Source of the DNA: Rhodothermales bacterium
GTDB lineage: Bacteria; Bacteroidota; Rhodothermia; Rhodothermales; Bin80
NCBI GenBank assembly: GCA_965200825.1
Contig: OZ241385.1
Coordinates: 1,761,567 to 1,825,566, forward strand
Reading direction: 5' to 3'
Length of the DNA: 64,000 bases
Shown: piece after piece, positions 59,579 to 64,000 of the stretch
How positions within the stretch are numbered: the stretch's first letter is position 1
Layout: every line of letters starts with the position of its first letter
Notes under the pieces: model-generated
Seen by the model: the letters and a program-made list of their open reading frames with translations, nothing else
Told to the model about the DNA's origin: nothing
Databases searched by the model: none
Position numbers and translations under genes: made by a program

Positions 59579-61006
59579 TTATACCGGTATGCAAAGCCCA
59601 AATCCACGTTGGCGTCCAGATCCAATCACAATAGGTCCATAAATTGGCTGGGAAAATCGCATCCAGATGTGCGAATATGGTAGTGCAGGCCGATTAATCC
59701 TATTAACTTCGATAGGTGCCAAATCAATGGCCCCCTTTACAAGAGGTGTTCGAGAGGATTGAACTTTAATTGGCTCTGGTAGGCCGGCATGATGGCACCA
59801 TAGAGCAATCTCATTCAAATCAACAGTTCCTCGTCGCTCATGAATTGCCGGGAAGGCTGTTATCCATTCCCGTGAAGGTCCCTTCCATCTCCACGAATTG
59901 GCCGCGACTGGTCGATCTCTCTCACGATGAGGTTCTGTGTGAGGTTGAACTGATACGTCAATGTTTTCTCCGGTGAGTTGTTTGACAGCAAACACTGCAT
60001 TACGAGAACGTGCACATTCCATAGGAGAACTCTTTGGTGGCATCCACAATGCTAATCCATGGATTCGCCCTCTTGACCTAGCGTAGCCCACATCAGAAAG
60101 AGCTATATATCGCGCTATTTCATAACCTTTACCCCGAAATCCATGACCGTGGAGGATTCGAGGAGGCTCCCCAAAGAGTTTCTGATATTGACTGAGAACC
60201 GATTGTTTAAATAAATGTGTGACCTTAGAAATTCTACGACCAGAAACAGCCGAGCTGAGGCGCATCCAAGCAACTACTTTTCCCTGATCAATTTCTTTCG
60301 TTGATGTGAGCAAACGGTAACGAGTTCCATGGCCAAGTGCAGGGAATTGGGATCGACTTACTGAGGCACCGTAAACATTCCAATGTTGATAAATTCTGTC
60401 CAGAATCTCTAAATCGCCAGACTTTGCGGTATTAATGATGTGATCTCCAGATTCATCAGGAACAAAAGTGTCAGCTTCGGTGACAATTGCGGAATCATCC
60501 TTGGCAACTTGCACTCTGACAGGTGAATCAGAGGTACCAAGATAGCCTACTCGTGCTGCACGCTGTCTGAGAGCGTTGAAGATTAACGCACTGGGGAAAT
60601 CAGCTTCCCATTTGTAAATAATAGAAGGGTTTCTCAACGAAATGCGGACGCCTGGTCGAACAAGTGTACTTCTACGACCAATATACTCTTGCTGAACTGA
60701 TAATCCGTTTTTCGCTTTTGCAAGCCCCGTTTTACCCTGTTGCACAACATATCTAGGCCGCAAAGGTTGATGTAGCGGTGTTGATTCGGCATAAATAATG
60801 GGTGCTTCAAGTTGTTCAAGCCAAATCAATTCCGATCCATCCGTGGCGTAGCAATTCTCCCCTGTCCCGTCTGCAGCGACTAGGGCAGCAAAAAGTCGCA
60901 TCGGCGATGGAGGCCATTCTCCCCGTAATAAATTACCTGTATTAGCCGTACCACTCGGATCACCGCGAAATGTCTTATGCAGTAACTCCACCGATATTGT
61001 TAACAT
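59579..61006 (-). CDS. csb2: Csb2 family protein (type I-U/I-G Cas5u with Cas6-like C-terminal half)
   Basis: The N-terminal MLTISVELLHKTFRG...GEWPPSPMRLFAALVAA matches my memory of the Csb2/GSU0054 family (EWPPSP motif). Its position follows csb1. Confidence 0.65.
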   Translation of the reverse strand: MLTISVELLHKTFRGDPSGTANTGNLLRGEWPPSPMRLFAALVAADGTGENCYATDGSELIWLEQLEAPIIYAESTPLHQPLRPRYVVQQGKTGLAKAKNGLSVQQEYIGRRSTLVRPGVRISLRNPSIIYKWEADFPSALIFNALRQRAARVGYLGTSDSPVRVQVAKDDSAIVTEADTFVPDESGDHIINTAKSGDLEILDRIYQHWNVYGASVSRSQFPALGHGTRYRLLTSTKEIDQGKVVAWMRLSSAVSGRRISKVTHLFKQSVLSQYQKLFGEPPRILHGHGFRGKGYEIARYIALSDVGYARSRGRIHGLALWMPPKSSPMECARSRNAVFAVKQLTGENIDVSVQPHTEPHRERDRPVAANSWRWKGPSREWITAFPAIHERRGTVDLNEIALWCHHAGLPEPIKVQSSRTPLVKGAIDLAPIEVNRINRPALPYSHIWMRFSQPIYGPIVIGSGRQRGFGLCIPV

Positions 61007-62205
61007 CAGTCAATGATCTGCGGCCATGTTATACGAATTGCTTTCTTTAGATTTTCTTTCGGTTCAAGTACTAATGGAGGCTTGTCCCATCCGTCAAGCT
61101 CTAGGCCAACTGTCACAGCATGTTCTTTGGCAGATTGAACTAAATTAAGTGTGTCTTTGGCATTCCCCAAGTTAATCTCTGAATCGGCATCATCTCCCAG
61201 CCAAATCACCCTTTTTGATTGGGTGCATAAGTCAGCCATTGATCGCAAAGAAAATCCACGACTGAAGGCGAGTTGGTGTGCATGTAAACCAAGCGCTACA
61301 AGTAAAGCACGACATGCAGAATTTTTTTTAGAATTAAATTGATTATCGATACGAATCCGACGTAACTGAGCAAACGATACGGTAGCTCTCTGTGAGATAT
61401 GCCCAAACGAAATAGCAGCCAAACTTGCATCGCCACCTGTAAATGGAACTTGGCCATGGCCTATTTCAGATAATTTATCAGACTTACCACTTTCAATTAA
61501 CTTACTCTTTCCGATCTCCCATTGCGCTCGATCATTAGGGTTGAAAGTTACAGGATCATCAATGCTCAAGTTAAGAGCATCGCCTTTAAGGCCGAGAACC
61601 CGTGTTTCAGTCGTTGCTGGTTGCCAACCTATGATTTCCGAAACCCATGCACGGGCATGCTTACTGTTAGATCGTTTTTTACCTAAATGTGATTGCCAGA
61701 ATCCATATAAAAGGGCTTGGGGAAACCATGCGATTAGTGGCGCACAATTTTGTGCAGTAGCTCCGAAAATATCTTTACCGAGATCTGTCTTGATAAAGTC
61801 GTCCCCATTTAATTGGGAATCTCTGAGATAGGCATCTGCGTTACGATGTGGAAACTGGAAACTGGACAGCTTCATTGGTAAATGTGACGGTAGATGTCCC
61901 ACTTCAGAAAAATCAAGAATAAACTCAGGGAGACCTATTGATTCTCGATGATGACGTAAGGCGTTTTCCAAGCGGTTCGCTTGGGATGGTACATTATCAA
62001 TTACAATGACATCCTGAGGTTCTTTATCTTCGGACGAATACCAGCGGCGATCATGCTGGTACACTCCACCAGCATATACCGATGGCTTCACAGGAGCTCC
62101 CGATCCCCCTAACGGCACTAACTCTGTTTCAATCTGAATCCCATTATCAAATGAGTCATCTTGACAACCCCGAAGTATATTTTCAAATTTGACTATTTCA
62201 ATCAT
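61006..62205 (-). CDS. csb1: Csb1 family protein (type I-U/I-G Cas7u backbone subunit)
   Basis: LVPLGGSGAPVKPSVYAGG, VIDNVPSQANRLENAL, LSSFQFPHRNADAYLRDS and LLYGFWQSH match my memory of the Csb1/GSU0053 family. It is the first gene of the operon. Confidence 0.65.
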   Translation of the reverse strand: MIEIVKFENILRGCQDDSFDNGIQIETELVPLGGSGAPVKPSVYAGGVYQHDRRWYSSEDKEPQDVIVIDNVPSQANRLENALRHHRESIGLPEFILDFSEVGHLPSHLPMKLSSFQFPHRNADAYLRDSQLNGDDFIKTDLGKDIFGATAQNCAPLIAWFPQALLYGFWQSHLGKKRSNSKHARAWVSEIIGWQPATTETRVLGLKGDALNLSIDDPVTFNPNDRAQWEIGKSKLIESGKSDKLSEIGHGQVPFTGGDASLAAISFGHISQRATVSFAQLRRIRIDNQFNSKKNSACRALLVALGLHAHQLAFSRGFSLRSMADLCTQSKRVIWLGDDADSEINLGNAKDTLNLVQSAKEHAVTVGLELDGWDKPPLVLEPKENLKKAIRITWPQIID

Positions 62206-62636
62206 ATAAAAATTTTAGATTAATTGTTCGCAGGAGCAGGCATCAATCTTTCTCGCGCTTTGTAGGAGAAGAATATCTCGCATATCATTTCATGGTACCG
62301 CCATAATTGCAGTCAGTGCATATACCCTCTAGATATGCAACAAAAGGATACACTGAACAAATATGTTGATGGAATGAGATAACGATATAAGCAATAATAT
62401 AAGCCACGAGTAACTAATAAAATGGATACACTAAAAGAGGATAAATTCAGTAGATTTGATAGAAATTTATCAGACACCACGATTCGTCTGAAGCTTCCTT
62501 GGTCTCAAACGCGAAGCAAAGAGCTAGTGACCTTATTGATCTCGAAAAGCTCTATTCTCACTTAAATCAAATAATCTTTCGCGTATTACTCAACTCGTAG
62601 TTTGGGGCCACACTACTGTTCTGTGCTGACTCAAAA

Positions 62637-64000
62637 TCAGCTTCGACCCATATCAGGAGCGCGCTCCTTGTGGATTAGGCTAAGGAAGGAGCCCAGCGCC
62701 ATCCCACCCAAATTTTCTCCAGAACGAGCCCGTACAGAAATTATATCCTCTTCCACTTCACGACCACCAATTACAATCATATAGGGGATCTTGAATATCT
62801 CGGCCTCCCGAATTTTATACCCAATTTTCTCGTCACGTACATCCAAACTGACACGGAGCCCCTCTTCAAGGAGTTTGGTATATACATTATCGGCATAATC
62901 TACAAAGCGGTCAGAAATAGATAAAACACGAATCTGCTCCGGCGCAAGCCAAAACGGAAATACACCTGCGCAATGCTCAATCAAAACTCCAATAAACCGC
63001 TCCAGCGAACCGAATGGTGCACGATGAATCATCGCTGGACGGTGTCGTTGATCATCAGCCCCTGTATACCAGAGGTCAAAGCGATCCGGTAAGTTGTAAT
63101 CCAACTGGACTGTCCCCAACTGCCATTTTCGACCAAGGGCATCCCGAACTATAAAATCTATTTTGGGGCCATAGAATGCTGCATCTCCCAATTCTTCGCT
63201 CACATCCAGGTTCATTTCGTGGACTACTTTCCGCATTGAATTTTCGGCGTTATTCCAGTTCTCTTCGGTGCCGGTGTATTTTTCTTGGTTCTCGGGATCT
63301 CGGAGAGATAACTGTACGCTGAAGTCTTTAAAATCCAATGCTGCAAGAACTCTGAGTGCAAGATCTACTGCATCTTGGATTTCCTCCTCCACCTGATCAT
63401 GCCGACAAAATACATGAGCATCATCAACGGTAAATCCACGTACACGAGTTAAGCCCCCCAATTCCCCTGTCTGCTCATACCGATAGACTTGGCCGAATTC
63501 TGCTAATTTCACAGGTAAATCCCGATAACTGCGCCGCTTGTGAGCATAGATCAGAATATGGTGTGGGCAGTTCATCGGCTTAAGCAGATATCCATCCACA
63601 CCATGTGAATTCATTGGGGGGAACTGACTCTCACTGTAATACGGATAATGTCCGCTAGTCTTGTATAGATCGAGATGCCCAATATGTGGGGTGAGGATCT
63701 GTTGGTAACCGCGCCGAACCTGCTCTTTTCGCAAAAAATCCACCAACGTCTCCCTGAGTGTTGCGCCTGCCGGAAGCCAAAGTGGAAGCCCGGGGCCAAC
63801 ATCTTCACTAAACATGAATAACTCCAGCTTCTTTCCGAGAACCCGATGATCCCTGGCCCGAGCCTGCTCTAAGCGTTCCAGGTATGCATCCAGTTGTGTC
63901 CGGTTTTTCCATGCTGTCCCATAAATACGAGTGAGTTGGGCTCGCTTTGCGTCTCCTCGCCAGTATGCCCCCGCAATGGTTAACAGCTTAACACTATTAG
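62637..64000 (-). CDS. thrS: Threonine--tRNA ligase; the 5' end lies beyond the right edge
   Basis: The frame continues upstream of the track's Met at 63815. Manual reading gives ...LLTIAGAYWRGDAKRAQLTRIYGTAWKNRTQLDAYLERLEQARARDHRVLGKKLELFMFSEDVGPGLPLWLP. Class II motifs are present (FRYEQTGELGGLTRVRGFTVDDAH) and there is a C-terminal anticodon-binding domain. Confidence 0.95.
   Translation of the reverse strand, partial: NSVKLLTIAGAYWRGDAKRAQLTRIYGTAWKNRTQLDAYLERLEQARARDHRVLGKKLELFMFSEDVGPGLPLWLPAGATLRETLVDFLRKEQVRRGYQQILTPHIGHLDLYKTSGHYPYYSESQFPPMNSHGVDGYLLKPMNCPHHILIYAHKRRSYRDLPVKLAEFGQVYRYEQTGELGGLTRVRGFTVDDAHVFCRHDQVEEEIQDAVDLALRVLAALDFKDFSVQLSLRDPENQEKYTGTEENWNNAENSMRKVVHEMNLDVSEELGDAAFYGPKIDFIVRDALGRKWQLGTVQLDYNLPDRFDLWYTGADDQRHRPAMIHRAPFGSLERFIGVLIEHCAGVFPFWLAPEQIRVLSISDRFVDYADNVYTKLLEEGLRVSLDVRDEKIGYKIREAEIFKIPYMIVIGGREVEEDIISVRARSGENLGGMALGSFLSLIHKERAPDMGRS

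Noticed and set aside
62422-62565. 47-aa plus-strand ORF (MDTLKEDKFSRFDRNLSDTTIRLKLPW...) in the AT-rich gap upstream of csb1. I considered it as a possible small cas-associated or anti-CRISPR-like gene.
   Set aside because: It has no motif, no coupling to other genes and no way to test conservation here. It is most likely chance in AT-rich DNA.

Overview
This is a 64-kb chromosomal segment. The gene content suggests an FCB-group bacterium (Bacteroidota, Rhodothermota or Balneolota-like): a T9SS C-terminal sorting domain, CarboxypepD_reg-type TonB-dependent receptors, a DUF2480/NifS pair and a ~940-aa CarB. That lineage call is inference only. Most of the window is densely packed housekeeping, largely on the minus strand: rsfS, chorismate mutase, mltG, nifS-like, clpP-tig, ogt, a natAB-like ABC pair, ruvC-yebC-carB-carA, tonB, folK, rpe, nuoABCDEF-(DUF4920)-GH, purB, an ECF-type sigma factor, an Lrp/AsnC regulator, feoA-feoA-feoB, proS and thrS. 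There are four tRNAs: Glu-CTC, Arg-CCT, CAT (Met or Ile2). Two accessory patches stand out. (1) Positions ~32.0-43.4 kb, between nuoA and purB, hold four items. The first is a 676-aa DUF4062/RecG-C-like ATPase-fold protein with a perfect in-frame 21-bp tandem repeat. The second is two tandem paralogous TonB-dependent receptors. The third is a decayed solo TnpB (IS605-family) pseudogene. The fourth is an unusual 316-aa protein made of six tandem Mor/sigma-r4-like HTH modules, with a seventh broken copy past its stop codon. (2) Positions 51.5-62.2 kb, between proS and thrS, hold a complete, co-directional CRISPR-Cas locus of the type I-U/I-G (Csb/'Dpsyc') kind: csb1-csb2-cas3(C-terminal HD)-312-aa unknown (Csb3/Cas8u1-like?)-cas4-cas1-cas2-leader-array. 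The array has 31 x 37-bp repeats and 30 spacers. Another oddity is that the rpe reading frame has no stop of its own and terminates inside the anticodon loop of the co-oriented tRNA-Arg, which in turn ends 7 nt before folK. There is also a G13 homopolymer in a 560-bp orphan AT-rich gap. I found no clear-cut new multi-gene system. The strongest novelty candidates are the HTH-array protein, the DUF4062 fusion protein and the small uncharacterised gene inside the cas operon. All calls come from reading the translations by eye, and no database search was possible.
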